Positions 51,731-64,000 of a DNA stretch of 64,000 nucleotides are shown piece by piece; the stretch's first letter is position 1; each line of letters begins with the position of its first letter. Both the position numbers and the translations under genes were made by a program. Origin of the DNA: Haplodiscus bocki (lineage: Eukaryota); assembly GCA_965655095.1 (NCBI GenBank), contig OZ296652.1, positions 61,442,001 to 61,506,000 on the forward strand, given 5' to 3'. The notes under the pieces are model-generated. The model did no database searches, was not told where the DNA came from, and saw only the letters and a program-made list of their open reading frames with translations.

Positions 51731-54719
51731 CTTTTGTCAGTATTGGGTTATTTGTTATTGTGATTTGCTGTATGTTCGCACAATTTTCGTATGAGCCACC
51801 TTGACGTAAAATATCGCTGTGCGACTGCACGTCTTGTTTATGATTCCGCTGTGTAAGGATTATGAAGTCAACATGTCTACTTACGAGAGTTCAAGAGAAT
51901 TCTCTTTCCTTCATAATTTCAGTGATAACAAGAAAAATCGATTTGAAGCCTATTTCGTCATACCATTCCAGTGTTGACTCTCTTCACCCCAATCTAGAGC
52001 CAGCGAACTAAAAAATGCAAGAAGCAGAATCAGGTTAATAAAATTTAAGAGATTTTTCATTTTATTTTCTTATACTCAATACATATTTGAAATAATAATG
52101 CAAAAAGTTTTGAAGCCATTTTTATCAACGAGATAAATGACTTTAGAAAATAACTTAGCGAAAATTCATTCTGGCGTATTCATTTTGAAGAGTGTCCTGA
52201 GAATACCCTTGTTATGAAAGCCAACTTAATTGCAATGATTATCAAAAATGGATATATTAGGGTGGTCTTCACTGGGAAGATTTCTTTGTTCCTTCTCACC
52301 TCTTTGCTGCAGTTTCCAGTAATTCCGTTTCCAAGAACTCTTCCGTGACTGGAAGGAAAGTTTCTGTGCTGTCTCGAAAAAAAGTATTGGTTTAACTGAC
52401 GCGAAATTGAATTTCAGCCAATCACAGAACAGTTCGCCTCCATGTGGTAGAGGGAGTTAAAATACTCGTCAATATGGGTGGTGAGTAGAATATATAACTC
52501 CGGATTGTCAACCAGTCAGATTTTGGTCCACTGGAGACTATTTACATTCTGATTTAGTTTCAAAAAACAAAACTAGAAAAATAAAAATTCAAAAAAAATC
52601 ACCATTCGTCAAACTGCGGCGCGATTTTTTTAATTCAATTTGGTTGAGGAACCCTTGTCTTTGAATAACTATTGAGCTATGAAGCTATGGGAGGATAATG
52701 ACCAATTTTACAGTTCTTAAAAAAGCAGAATCGCTGCTGTGAAAGTACAAATGGAACGGAATCGCCATCGGCTTGTACTTACTGTACCCTGGTTGAAAGA
52801 GTGTGTCGGCAGGTTAATTTTTTTTCTCAAAACTAATCAAAATCTTCTTCAAGCATGTGTCCGAACGAATTTGGTTTCTTACATTTCAATTCAATAAAAG
52901 TTGGAGATCGATGAAGATCCTAAATCGAGGCTATGATCAGAAAAATTAATGGCGAGTGAATGCGACTTGAATCTGATTGGCTCTTGATGTACTCGGAAGT
53001 TATCTCTCTCGGAATGAATTGCAATACTTTTGCTATCTCAACTTTCGAAAAATTTCATCATAGATTTAACAACAGGCCGTGTTGACTTTTGCTTTGGATA
53101 ATTGCGTTTGGAATAATTTTACGAAAAAGTTTTGTTCGTTGGAGTTAAACGTTTGAATCCTCGTTAAAGGATATCGTACAGGTTTTAGTTTTTAATGGCA
53201 ATTGTGGGTAGACCCGGTTCGATTCGTGTTCCATTAAAGTCAAGCAAATTTATGTCTTCAGCTTGCAATCCGGAACTTGTAGTACCAATGTGGTCTGCAA
53301 TATCTTTCCCAACTCAAATCAATATTTTAGAGCATGAGAGCACGCAACGATGGTAGTGCATTAACTTTATGGGCCTTTACGACAGAGCTAAAATAGCAAA
53401 TAACACGCGGATCGTATACTGACTACGATATCTGACTTTTTATAGCATCACAGACTGTTTTGTTTTTCTTAGAAACATGCATTTGTGTGCTTTGGACGAG
53501 TTCCCAACTTGACATCCGAAGCAATTTTGCAAAGGACCCGACGTCAAGCAATAGAAATAAAACTGAAGCATTGTCCTTTGTAATTGCAGGAGAATGTATC
53601 CTCATCAGGGTTAATGAATTGCAAAAACTCTCATTTTAATTTTGTCGAAATTAAGTAATTTCTTCAGTTGTATTGGTCAATGAGATGTCTGCCGTTTAAT
53701 GCTTTCATTCTGATCACAGTTTATTGACTTTAAATACGCAGTTTACTTCGAATCTGAGACTACGCACCTTGTTTTTGGCTGCAAGATATTCATTTTTGGC
53801 GCGTCGGTGGCCGCCTAAAATTTTTTTTCCTGCTTTGAATTTCTGCCATGAAATATGCGTGATTTTTGGTCCGCTCTAAAACGCGTCACAGCGTGAGTTA
53901 ACGAAATTTAGCGTTAAAAACAACGAAAAAGGAAAACCACGATCATTTTTTTTACTAATTTTGGCTCTTTTTTCATTATCAACTGCCTAAATAAACCAAG
54001 CCCCCAAAGTGTATTTTGTAAGCAGAGAACATTGGCTGCTCGCAAAAAAAAGTTGTGACAGACAGTTTCCATCAATTTTGTCTAAGACAAGTCAATTTTT
54101 TTTGAAAAATTGCGTGAAATTTCGTAAAATTTAGCGTCATATTCATTGCGAAATTTGAAAAAAAGCGTGATTTTTTAGTATGCCTGATTTAAATTAATAC
54201 TTTGCCCTGAGAAATACAAGTCTCTTATGATTACGTAATAGGTCACAGGTTGTGCCATTTGTCATTTTCCTGGAACGATTTTCATGATGAATTTAAGATA
54301 GCGAAAATTGATGAAAACTTTTGGTGGTGATTTACTGATTCGCTGATTCGATATACGTCAAGCTTGGTGTGAATGGCACTTTGTCAAAGGAAGCCAAGTC
54401 TGATGGTATACACGTACTGACGTAACCATGAAATTGATACGAAAATCATTGATGCAGCCATCAACTTTTTCAAATCAACAGTGCTGGAAGTAATGCGTAT
54501 CAGAAAGTTGAAGCCAGCTTTAAAATTGTCCGGGGAGCTGTAGCTACGGAAATTTTCTCCCTTGTATTTGCTTTTGATACTTTCATGTTCAGCTTCCAAA
54601 TCAGGAATGGATATGAAGCTGAAACTCTTGAATCATTCCAATTACAACTCCAATTTGCTTTTGGTCGGTGCTTTATGAAATAAAGATGCCACCTATTGCC
54701 GTTGTTTTTAAGGCAACAG

Positions 54720-55101
54720 ACGTTACTTCGAATCAATCCAATTTTAGAGTTTAATGACAGAATGTAGTAGGATATCTCCGTGGCGTAGTGAGAAAGATAA
54801 AAAGGGTTCCAAATCCACAGGTACCAGGTTCGAGCCCCAGTATAGGCTATATTTTTGTACATTTTATACCAAAAAATATACAAAAACTTAAACTTCGCTC
54901 CAAAATTTTTTCGTGGTACCCCCTCATAAAAATTTAATGAATCGACAGGAAGCGAGTGCGAATCCCAGCATAAGCTACGTTTTCGTATGTTTTATACCAA
55001 AAAATGTACGAGAAAATGTACCATTTTGTTCACTTATCAAAGTCCTATGAATATTTTGAGCCATGCGGGCGGCACCGTTTTTGGCCGTTCCCGGCTTGTT
55101 A
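54720..55101 (+). mobile_element. Short interspersed element with a tRNA-like part and a DINE-like 3' end
   Basis: Ends GGGCGGCACCG..GGCCGTTCCCGGCTTGTTA. The 5' boundary is approximate. Confidence 0.5.
54774..54849 (+). other. tRNA-like relic with A- and B-box
   Basis: TGGCGTAGTGAG (A-box-like, 54781) and GGTTCGAGCCC (B-box, ~54827); stems are imperfect. Confidence 0.5.
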
Positions 55102-57730
55102 GACAATCTAGTTATATAAAAGTATAAAAATCAAACCATATTGGTTTTGAGTTGACTTCAGTGTTATTTCTGCGGTCATGTCAAAAAAAACTACATCCTG
55201 TTATAAATTCTTGCATACGATTCGCTGAAGCGACGAAAAAAATGAACCACCTCATGGCCTTTTCTCGTATATGTCCATCATATAACGAAAAAAAATTGAG
55301 TCCAACATTAAAGTCGACTGTCTGGAAGAAAAAAGTGTTCGTCGTGTAAAAAGTCTTCTGTTCAGCAACAAAAAACCATTCCAAAGGTCTCTATCCTCGC
55401 GTTAGTCCTCCAAGTCAACCAGTGAATTGCTTCAGGTATATCACGATTAGCAGGAAACAATTAATTGTTCGAGCAAAACCGGGAAGGCAATCATTTACTG
55501 ACAAGGGAACGAAACTCTGAGAAACGCATGATTTTTGAAACTTTCCCGCCAATTTTTCAATTTTTGCTGAACAAAAATTTTTCTGTACTAAAACAATTAT
55601 ATGGTTGTGTAAAAAATATCTTTAGGCTCAGGAGTAGTTTTGGAATCAATCAATCTCTTTTGGCAAGGTCAGTCTATGTGAAAACACAGAAATCCTGGAC
55701 AAATGTAAAAAAAAATTCCCGAGTTTTCCGCTTATCTTGGGATAAAATGAACATGATGCTTTCAAGTGAACATGACAGTGCTCTTTCAAGCTTCTGAGCG
55801 TTGCTATCGATTACAACATCAATCAAATACATATTAGTTTTGTGGGAAAATCATTCAATTGTCAGAAGTGTCAAATAATTATAAAAAGTTGATTTGAACA
55901 ATTTTTGTCACAAGATTTTGGCAAAATTTTTAGGCGAAATATCTTCGCCCCAAAATACCATGCAGTTTTGTTCGTGTGCGAATTCCATAAGATAATCTTT
56001 CTAATCGAAACTATGGAACGCTTTTGCACTTTTGAAGAAAGCTAAAAAACATAAATTTTACTTTTGTGAATTTTTTCGCCAAAATTGCGCCCGAAAAGTC
56101 TGAAATTTTTCGACAAAATATCAGTGAACAGTTTCTTTTGTTTTCATTGATTAATGTGTCGGCTCAGCTGTAGACAATAAGAGCAGCTTTTGCACTGAAG
56201 AAACGTACAAAGTACTACTTGCTTTTCAAAATTACAACTTCTTTCAATTCTTTTCGTCTACTTTTCCACAGCGAAAATATCAAATTTCAGGAATTTGATA
56301 TTTTCGCTGAAAAAGGTGTTTGTAGTGAGTAGCTAATTGAAAACAGTGTTTCACTGGAAGTAGTTAATTTGGCGATTTTTCCCGAATTCTCGCATTTTTT
56401 TCCATAGCAACCATCTAATTAATAATCAAATCTGATACGACATAGAAGCACGAAGACAGCATTATTGAAAATTGCTCATTGGATATTTTCCGGTTTTGTT
56501 AAGTGAGAATTAGCTCTAATTTCGACTTTGCGGATTTTTCAATGTTGCTATTAATAGCTGCTATTCAGCAATAAATGCAATTAGTTTTTTTGCTCAAGAA
56601 CCAATGTAGACAGGTTTTAACGAAAATTAAGCAGTTCTAGGTAAAATTTCATTTGTAGCGTGGCCGAGTCAGCAAAAGTAGCTCTATTCCAATTTTTGCT
56701 ATGTTGCCTTCCAAATCAATTTTACTAGTGGGCATCCAGCTCCCATCTGTACAAAGAAAGAATTTTAAAGATTTTCCATACATCTCACATTTTCTTCCAA
56801 AGGGTACTTCTGGTATTTTTGAAATTAGTGCAAAAAAGCTAAATTTGGCGTTTTTTTCTAATTTTGCGCTCTTTTGTCTTCCAACGCAGTTCTTTAACTT
56901 CAAATGCTTCACGTGGGATGAATACGTTTTTGAGACTGTTACAAATCCCCACTTCAACACTTGTTTTAAGTTTGAGTCTTGTTATGGGATCTACTTTTTA
57001 ACCAAAAAAGAGCCTCGTCGCACCCTAGGGTGCCACGTTTTTCATTTGGTAGCCTCAAAACGCGGTTCTAAATTCTGTAACTTCGTTATTCGAGCCCCGT
57101 CAGGGGCCTATGTTGTTAAATTGAGTTCTGAATAGTTTAGTGTGGCCATTGGCTGTGAAAACTGAGTGATGGGATGAAATTCATTCTGTACATTTACTTT
57201 TTATCACGGATCCAATTTTTTTTTCATCACTTACGTTATATTATCAAATTGGCGTATTTCTGAGTTTGCATTGCAATATTTCCGATTAAATTTTAAGCTG
57301 GACATGGTCTGGTCTGCTACTTGTAAGCGAATTGGCAATCACAAGGGAGCATGTAACCAATGTCGTCTTCATTTAAACTCAAAATATTCGAGCTAGCAAA
57401 GTGGCCGTAATTCCTTTTCTGGTTCTTTGAAATGTTAAAATGCCGGGTTTTTGATTGTATTGTCCTACTTCGAAGACATTGATATGCATAGAAGTGAACG
57501 GAATCGGACATGCCAATTTTGTGTGCGCCATTTTGATTATGAAGTTGACAAGTGTGGATTCGGAGGGAGGGCGAGGGGAATCAAGCAATCCCGGTTTTGG
57601 ACCAATCAATTCTAAATGCAGTATCTTCGGTATAAAATGCTAATGATATTTTCTAAAAACGTTTTTTGTCCTCTTTTCAATGTACTTTCAAATAATCTAA
57701 CTGAAATGGATTTTCAGGTAATTGTTTGGA

Positions 57731-58021
57731 ATGGGAGCCTTGACAGAAGATTCTATCATCCCAACTTTGGATTTTTCTCTCTTTTCTACAGACGTCAAAG
57801 ATGAAAACATTGATATAGGTCTAATGACGTTTGTGTCTGAACACTTCATATTCGCGTTTGAAACTACTGGATTTTTGTTTCTCAAAAACTCGGGACTTTC
57901 TCTAGAAGACGTCATGACTATCAATAAAGTGACATCAATTTTTTTCAATCAGGCTGTTGAAGATAAAAAGAAATTTGCGAGAGATTTGTATGGAGAGAAT
58001 CATGGCTGGGTTGCTCTGGAG
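57731..58021 (+). CDS. 2-oxoglutarate/Fe(II)-dependent oxygenase (IPNS-like, DIOX_N domain), exon 1
   Basis: IPTLDFSLF...AFETTGFLFLKNSGL...FFNQ..EDKKKF...NHGWVALE; donor GTGAGA at 58022 (phase 0). Confidence 0.88.
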
Positions 58022-58099
58022 GTGAGACTAATGAAATTCTTGGTTTATTGCTGAAAACTGTTGACTCAACACTTTTCGGCATATGATATTGTTTTCAAG

Positions 58100-58274
58100 C
58101 AAGAAGGATTGGATCCCACGAAACCCGGTGACTTGAAAGAAGCTTTTAATGTGACGTCATTAAATTCTGGATCTCTTGAAAAGTGGCCAAATGAAGAGTT
58201 TCGGAAAGTTACGTCTGGTCTTTTCCAAAAAATGACCAAAATTGCACAGCGAGTACTGAGAATTATTGCATTAG
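58100..58274 (+). CDS. 2OG-Fe(II) oxygenase, exon 2
   Basis: Acceptor AAG at 58097-58099 (78-bp intron); QEGLDPTKPGDLKEAFNV..KWP..; donor GTGAGA at 58275 (phase 1). Confidence 0.88.
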
Positions 58275-59391
58275 GTGAGAATTTCATTATCCATTCCTCA
58301 ATATAATAGCCAACCGAAGTTCGGTAAAGAACATGAAAAATTGGTTCTTTTTCCTATTCTAAAAAGAGACAAATGCAGCTTATGTTCATGATTGCGAATT
58401 TCAGTAGAAAACTTACAGCCCAATTTTGAGCACCTGAAGACTGGTAATGGTTCAAAGTCGAAATGAATTAATCTTAAAGTGGTCATTGTGTCATATCTGC
58501 CACATATTGTTTTTTTTTCAGTTTTTATGTGGTATTTTCTAACTGGAAAAAACATAGTGGAGGTCCATATTACTGTGTCGCAAGCTGATATGTTTCCAGC
58601 TATTGCAAATTTGAAGTACAATAGTGTTTTCGAAGAATGGAGCTCAAGAGCGTTCACTGGTGCTATTTAGCCAATAAGATCTCGTCATTTGCTCTCAATT
58701 TGCTATCTCATCGGGGAGTATTTGCCAACTTTGGTAATCTCTACCATTTTTTTGAAATTTGATTTAGAAAAAACTTTTTCGGAAAATTTTGTTACCAGAA
58801 AAAATTTGGTCACAAAAATTCCCCAGAAGTTCATGAATTCATGCATATATTTTGATTTTAAAATATTTTGAAATAGCAAAGATTTCGCAAATTTTCAAAA
58901 AAATAAATCTTAAAACCTATTCAAAATATGTAATTTCGAAGCTCATTGTACACATACAGCAATTTTATGAGCAATTTAAAACAGTTTTGAAACCAAAAGT
59001 TTTATTGGTTTCAAGATATTTAGAGGACACTTGCGTACATTATGCTTCCTAAAAGTTTTTCATTGTGGCTTTTATATATCAAAAATACACGAAACTTATT
59101 TAAAGTTGACCAAAATTGACAATTTCTAACTCTTGCTCTGTTGGTCGCACAGTTTTCAAACAAAACCGATTGTTAACTAGATTAAAATCTAAGAAACTTT
59201 TCTTTCTACCAAAACCCAGCATTTCCAATACTTTCAGCGATATTGATGTCCAAAGATGGTCAATTTTTCATGGGAGCGCCATTCTTCTGAAACACTACTG
59301 TATTTGAGCTGTGCTGTCACCTAGGTGTTGCTTTGCGACAATTCTGAGCTGAGTGGAAATGTATGAAGTTTGTGACAATTGCCCAAATCCT

Positions 59392-59951
59392 TTATTATTT
59401 TGCGCTATATTGAAAATATGGAAAGCAAAATCTTCCTCTCAAATAGGTGCGTTTTTTAACCCGATGTTTGCCAATTGAGCTCGCGTTAAAAACGATGTTG
59501 GCTCGCGTCGTGAAAATTTTTGCCAAGATATAACCAAAAAAGACAGAATGGCCAAAGTCGCCAGAATGGCCAAAAATGCCGAGATTGTCAAGATTGCCAG
59601 GATTGCAGAAATTGACGGGACTAAATTAGAGATTTTTTTTGAAACGTTCGAAATTTGAGTATTTTTGGAATAGATGAGTTTTTCGGAAAAAGCTTGAATT
59701 GTATTGAATCTCTAACCGTGGCAAATTTGTTGTAGAATGCGTATCAAATGGTTTTTTTCTCAAAAATGTTTTCCGCCCTAATTCTGAGGTTTTTTGGCGA
59801 AAAAAAATCAGGAAACTTTGAACGTTGGAAAAATTAGAAAGTATGATGCAGTGTGATTTTTCGAGAAAAAAAAACGTTTCATCTTTTCAAAAACCTTCTT
59901 GACAAAAATGGGGAGGCGCAAAATATGCCGGTGGTAGCCGGCCGTCTTGAT
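59392..59951 (+). mobile_element. Helentron/DINE-like element, ~560 bp, with a 9-bp microsatellite
   Basis: Subterminal IR TATTTTGCGC (59396-59405)/GCGCAAAATA (59916-59925); palindrome GCCGG-TGGTAG-CCGGC; end CTTGAT; (GATTGCCAA)-like 9-mers at 59545-59620. Confidence 0.72.
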
Positions 59952-60184
59952 AACTTATTTCTGATCATCTTTTCCAAAGTAACTTATTTCATCTGCTTTA
60001 TATGCTAGCCACAACCCTGATGTGTTAACCCTAATTTACCCAACGGTTCTTCAAAGCAGCCAACCGTATTTCCACCTGCCCAATCAGTTTTCCACAAGCT
60101 CATTTTCATTAGCACGCTACATTTTGACTTTGTTTTCATTTTCTCCAACTCCAATAGCTTTAGATTTTGATGCGGCACTTCAAT

Positions 60185-60470
60185 CTCTGCCGTTGAAAAA
60201 TGTGCTTTTTTGTCAAAAAATTCAGTTTTCTTGAAAATTCACGTTATTTTAAAGTAATTTTTCTCCAAAATGCTTGCCGAAAATGAGATGGCAACCCTAA
60301 ATCATCACACACTCATGCTAAGTGTGAGAGAACGCAATAGTATGTTGTTATGCAATCGCCACAAGGGGCGAATGGCCGCGAAGAAGTAGTACCAGAGGAG
60401 GACGCTCGTGGCGATAGGATCTTACCAGATCAAAATGAAAGTTCAATAATACGCTTTTCAAATGAGCTGT
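60185..60470 (+). repeat. Repeat segment A, copy 2
   Basis: Partner of 48351-48660. Confidence 0.8.
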
Positions 60471-60656
60471 AAATTGTTTCTCAATTCACAATAGAGAAGA
60501 TTGAGCGGATGTTTTTTTCTCATTTTTATTTTCCGTCGAAAAAAATTCGGAAGGAAAATATTCAATTCAGTAGTTGGAGTTTTTCTCCTTTTCTTGATTT
60601 TGCCCATGACGCCCAGAATTGTCTGCAAAATTTTTGGTGGCTCGCATATAACATAT

Positions 60657-60717
60657 GTCGAGTGGCACGGCGCTTAGGTCGCCCACAGGTAGTGAGTTCG
60701 AATCCCGCTGTCCGCCA
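60657..60717 (+). other. tRNA-like relic
   Basis: GTGGCACGGCG...GTGAGTTCGAATCCCGCTGTCCGCCA: canonical B-box/T-loop and a tRNA-like 3' end. Confidence 0.55.
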
Positions 60718-61259
60718 TATTTTTTTTGAAAATTTTTTAGATACTCGTTAACATTTTCATTTTTAAGGAGCAAAAAACAAAGTTTTTTCAACTAAGTTCA
60801 TGTCCTACGATGAGCGGGATTTTTTTTCTGAACAAGTATCCGTTCTCTGACGTGAAAGAAACAAATTGTTCTGTTCCTTTCTTCGAAAAAGTAGGATTAA
60901 GTTTTCAAATTTCCTGCGAAGCCAAAACTTTTTTAATGAATCTGCTTAGAAAAATTACGTAGAAAAATGGAAAATGGAACTTTTTTAAGCTTTTGAGTAT
61001 CAGTTTTTTCCTTGTCCCAGTTTCACAGCAGTCACAAAAAAACAAATTCACTGCCAAAATATTTCTACTGGAACACATCGTTCTGTGTTCTCCACATTGA
61101 GGGAATGCCAAAAAGTGCAATTTGTTGAACCTCCTTGATGTTGCAACTCACTTTTTTCCAAAATTTAAGGCTCAATTCTTTCGTCTTGGTTTTATTGGGA
61201 AGCTTTTTTTGTACAAAAGTATTTCATTGACAGTCTTTTGTTGTGATTGTCGCGTTAGA

Positions 61260-63370
61260 ATCTTGACGGACTGGTGATCCGAAAAGTAGTGCCATTAGTT
61301 TCCGAAAATCTCGTTTTTCAAACTTTTATCTCGCCATAACCACTGCCTTGATTTCTTCCACCAAGATCTCAATCGAAAGCTTCATACTTGTAGAGGAGAA
61401 TTCTATTTAAAAAGCATTTTTTTTTAGATTTTTGCCTCAAAATCCATATGGTGCTAAAATTCCAAACCGGATAGTCCGAAAATTCCCAAAAATGCTCTCA
61501 ATGTTGATTAGTCTCGCTGTTCCAACTCATATTTTTCCGTAGCTACAGGCTTGATTTCTCTCATCAAGGTCTCAATCTGAAACTTTCAATTCGTGGCTGA
61601 CCATTCCATTGAAAAGTTGCCGATTTTGTTCCTTGCATCAGAAAACTGATAGACCAAATACTCCGAAAACTGTTATTAAGATTGATTTATCTTGATATTT
61701 ACGCTCTTTTCCCTTGATACTGGCTTGATTTTTTCCATCGAGCTCTGAGTTGAGACCCTTGAACTAGTGACAGGCCAATACATGGAAAAATTATTGATTT
61801 AGTTCCCAGCATCAGGATCCTGATAGTCCGAAGTTTCCACAATATGCTAGTGATTTTCTTTCATCTCCGTGATCAAACTCATATTTTTCCGTAACTACAA
61901 GACTGATTTCCTATATCAAAGTCACGATCGAAAGCTTTAAACTTGTGCAAGTGTATTCATTTCAAAAATCTTTTCTTTGCCTCGGAAGTCTGGTAGTCGA
62001 AATATGCCAAATTTGCTAATGATTTTCTTTCGTCTCTAGTGGAACTCATTTTTCCTCGTACTCACAGGGTTGATTTCTTTCAACGTAACAACTAGCTTGA
62101 TTTCATGTATCAAAGTGACGATCGAAAGCTTCAAACATGTGCAAGAGTATTCATTTCAAAAATCAATCTTTTTTCTATGCCTCGGAATTCTGATGGTCAA
62201 ATTATGCCAAATTTGCTAATGATTTTGATTCGTCTCCATAGTCGAACTCGTTTTTCCTCGTACTCACAGGCTTGATTTCTTTCAACGTAACAACTAGCTT
62301 GATTTCATATATCAAGGTTATGATCGAAAGCTCTAAACTTGTGCAAGGATATTCATTTCAAAAATCTTTTCTCCATGCCTCGGAATTCTGGTAGTCGAAA
62401 TATGCCAAATTTGCTAATGATTTTGATTCGTCTCTAGTCGAACTCATGTTTTCCTCATACTGGCAGGCTTGATTTCTTTGAACAGGATCTATAACGTGTT
62501 TTCCTTGAAGAGGAGATTCCATTTCGGAGTCAATTGTTTTGTTACTCGGATCAGAATTCTGATAGTCGGAAGATTCCAAATTGGGTCATTAAAATTGATT
62601 CATCACGAGATGAATTTTTTTCTCCGTAACTACCAGATTATGTCATTTCTTCAAGTTCTCAATGGACAGTAATGTACGTGTAAAGGAGTTTTGGTTTTAA
62701 AAGGCATTGATTTTGTTACTTGCTTTGAATTTTGATATTTCAAGAATGCCAAAGATGTGCTATTCCTTTCGAAATTTTCTCCATATTCCAATTCATAGTT
62801 CTCCTTAAAAAGCTTGACTTCTTGGTTCAAAGTCTCAGTCTGCAGATTTCTGTTTTTGTTGGTTTTCTTTTCGGTTCTGAAAGTTTTGATTTTGTATTAT
62901 GAGTCAGAAACTCGATAGTCCGAGATCGCCCTAATATGCTCCTAATAATGATATTTTTCTGAGTTGAAACTCGTATTTCTCCAAAACTATTAGCTCGATT
63001 AATTTCTACAAGGTAGCAACTAAAACTAGTTTTTGTCGTAGAGAATTTATAGGTTTAAAAAGTCATTGATTTTGTTTCTTGCGTTGGAATTTTGATGGAT
63101 CAAAAATGACAAAGAACTTCTATTAATATTAAGATTTTTTCGATATTCCAATTCATAGTTTTCGATGAATATTGAATTGATTTCTTGCTTCAAGGTCTCA
63201 ATCTAAAATTTTCTGTTCTGAATGGACTAATCGATTTCAAAATGATTGATCTTGTCGCTTGCGTCGGAATCCTGATAGTCCGAGAATGCCAAAATGCTAA
63301 TAGCATCGATAAATCTTTTTTCAAACTCATCATTCTCGAAAGCTACCGGCTTGAGACGTATTTTCCGTGG
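61260..63370. repeat. Diverged ~175-bp tandem array, ~12 copies, with a younger ~200-bp triplication at ~61890-62480
   Basis: Recurring GCTTGATTTC..TCAAGGTCTCAAT and GATAGTCCGA; GTAACAACTAGCTTGATTTCAT at ~62085 and ~62287. Confidence 0.82.
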
Positions 63371-63626
63371 AGATTTTTTTTATCATTTATGGGTTTCTTC
63401 GTAAAAATGATTTCTATGTTCGGTCAGTCTTTTTGCGCCCCATTGACGGAAAATATCGCAGTACGCCTGCGCCTCTTGTTTAGGTTTTTACGAAAAAAAT
63501 GGTCGATGGAGGGTTAAGTCGAAATGGTGAAGTTGAAGAAATGAATATGCTGTGCTTTCAGTCGAAATGCCTAATTTTTACTTAATTAGGGCTCCGTTAT
63601 TGTAGTGTTGGATATTTGCTTTGCAG

Positions 63627-63786
63627 GATTAGGGCTGGATCCGCAGTTCTTCAGTGAATGTCATGACATTGGATCGGCCCAGAATGGATCAACTTTGAGA
63701 AGCTTATTCTATCCTGCAATCACAAGCGGAAAGCTGAAGAACTGTAAACATGGGCAACTCCGATGTGGAGAGCATTCGGATTACGG
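63627..63786 (+). CDS. 2OG-Fe(II) oxygenase, exon 3 (gene continues beyond the window)
   Basis: Acceptor TTGCAG at 63621-63626, phase-compatible with exon 2; LGLDPQFF...TLRSLFYP...RCGEHSDYG with the HxD iron-binding motif; donor GTTAGT at 63787. Confidence 0.88.
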
Positions 63787-64000
63787 GTTAGTTCTGCCCT
63801 TACACAATTCATCTCGTGTGTGCTCCGTGAGAGATATCAAAATTCGTTCAATTTTATCCGAAGTGTCAAAATTAATAAGAAATACAATGTAACCGAGTTT
63901 TGTATTATTACACTTGCGCAAGCAAGTGTTATATTGCAGCCTTTTCATTTTTTTCCGATCCCTTCACAACTCACGTTTGTGCCTATATTCTAATGTTGCC

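Larger units (their letters stand above)
49096..51839 (+). mobile_element. Helentron/DINE-like element family B, copy 1 (more decayed)
   Basis: Collinear with 60523-63482. The 3' end reads TTGACGTAAAATAT..GTGC-GACT-GCAC-GTCTTGTTT. Carries a tRNA-like head and a central array. Confidence 0.68.
60523..63482 (+). mobile_element. Helentron/DINE-like element family B, copy 2, in oxygenase intron 2
   Basis: Perfect 11-bp subterminal IR TATTTTCCGTC (60527-60537)/GACGGAAAATA (63445-63455); 5' stem-loop TATTTTCC...GGAAAATA; 3' hairpin CGCAG-TACGC-CTGCG, then CTTGTTT. Confidence 0.75.

Noticed and set aside
40703-60717. Four tRNA-like sequences as true tRNA genes
   Set aside because: Acceptor, D and anticodon stems do not pair properly, and all lie inside repeats.

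Overview
AT-rich eukaryotic (animal, probably marine invertebrate) genomic DNA with spliceosomal introns. Bases 1-~28,024 are one macrosatellite: four ~2.2-kb units followed by five ~3.87-3.89-kb units, the last incomplete. Read on the minus strand across frameshifts and stops, the unit is a decayed piece of the virion-morphogenesis module of a Polinton/Maverick-adintovirus-like element. It carries an adenain-like cysteine protease, three paralogous minor-capsid (penton)-like genes and small ORFs, and single-copy remnants of the element continue to ~29.3 kb. These viral assignments come from hand translation and recalled family motifs, not from a search. The right half holds three host genes on the + strand: single-exon CIAO2B/FAM96B, a 3-coding-exon HFM1/MER3 meiotic helicase (~1288 aa), and the first three exons of an IPNS-like 2OG-Fe(II) oxygenase that runs off the window. 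Intergenic and intronic space is filled with non-autonomous transposons: a hAT MITE, a pogo-like MITE, and several Helentron/DINE-like elements, some combining rolling-circle-type ends, a tRNA-like head and an internal satellite. Almost all short ORFs in the supplied track are spurious or pseudogene fragments.
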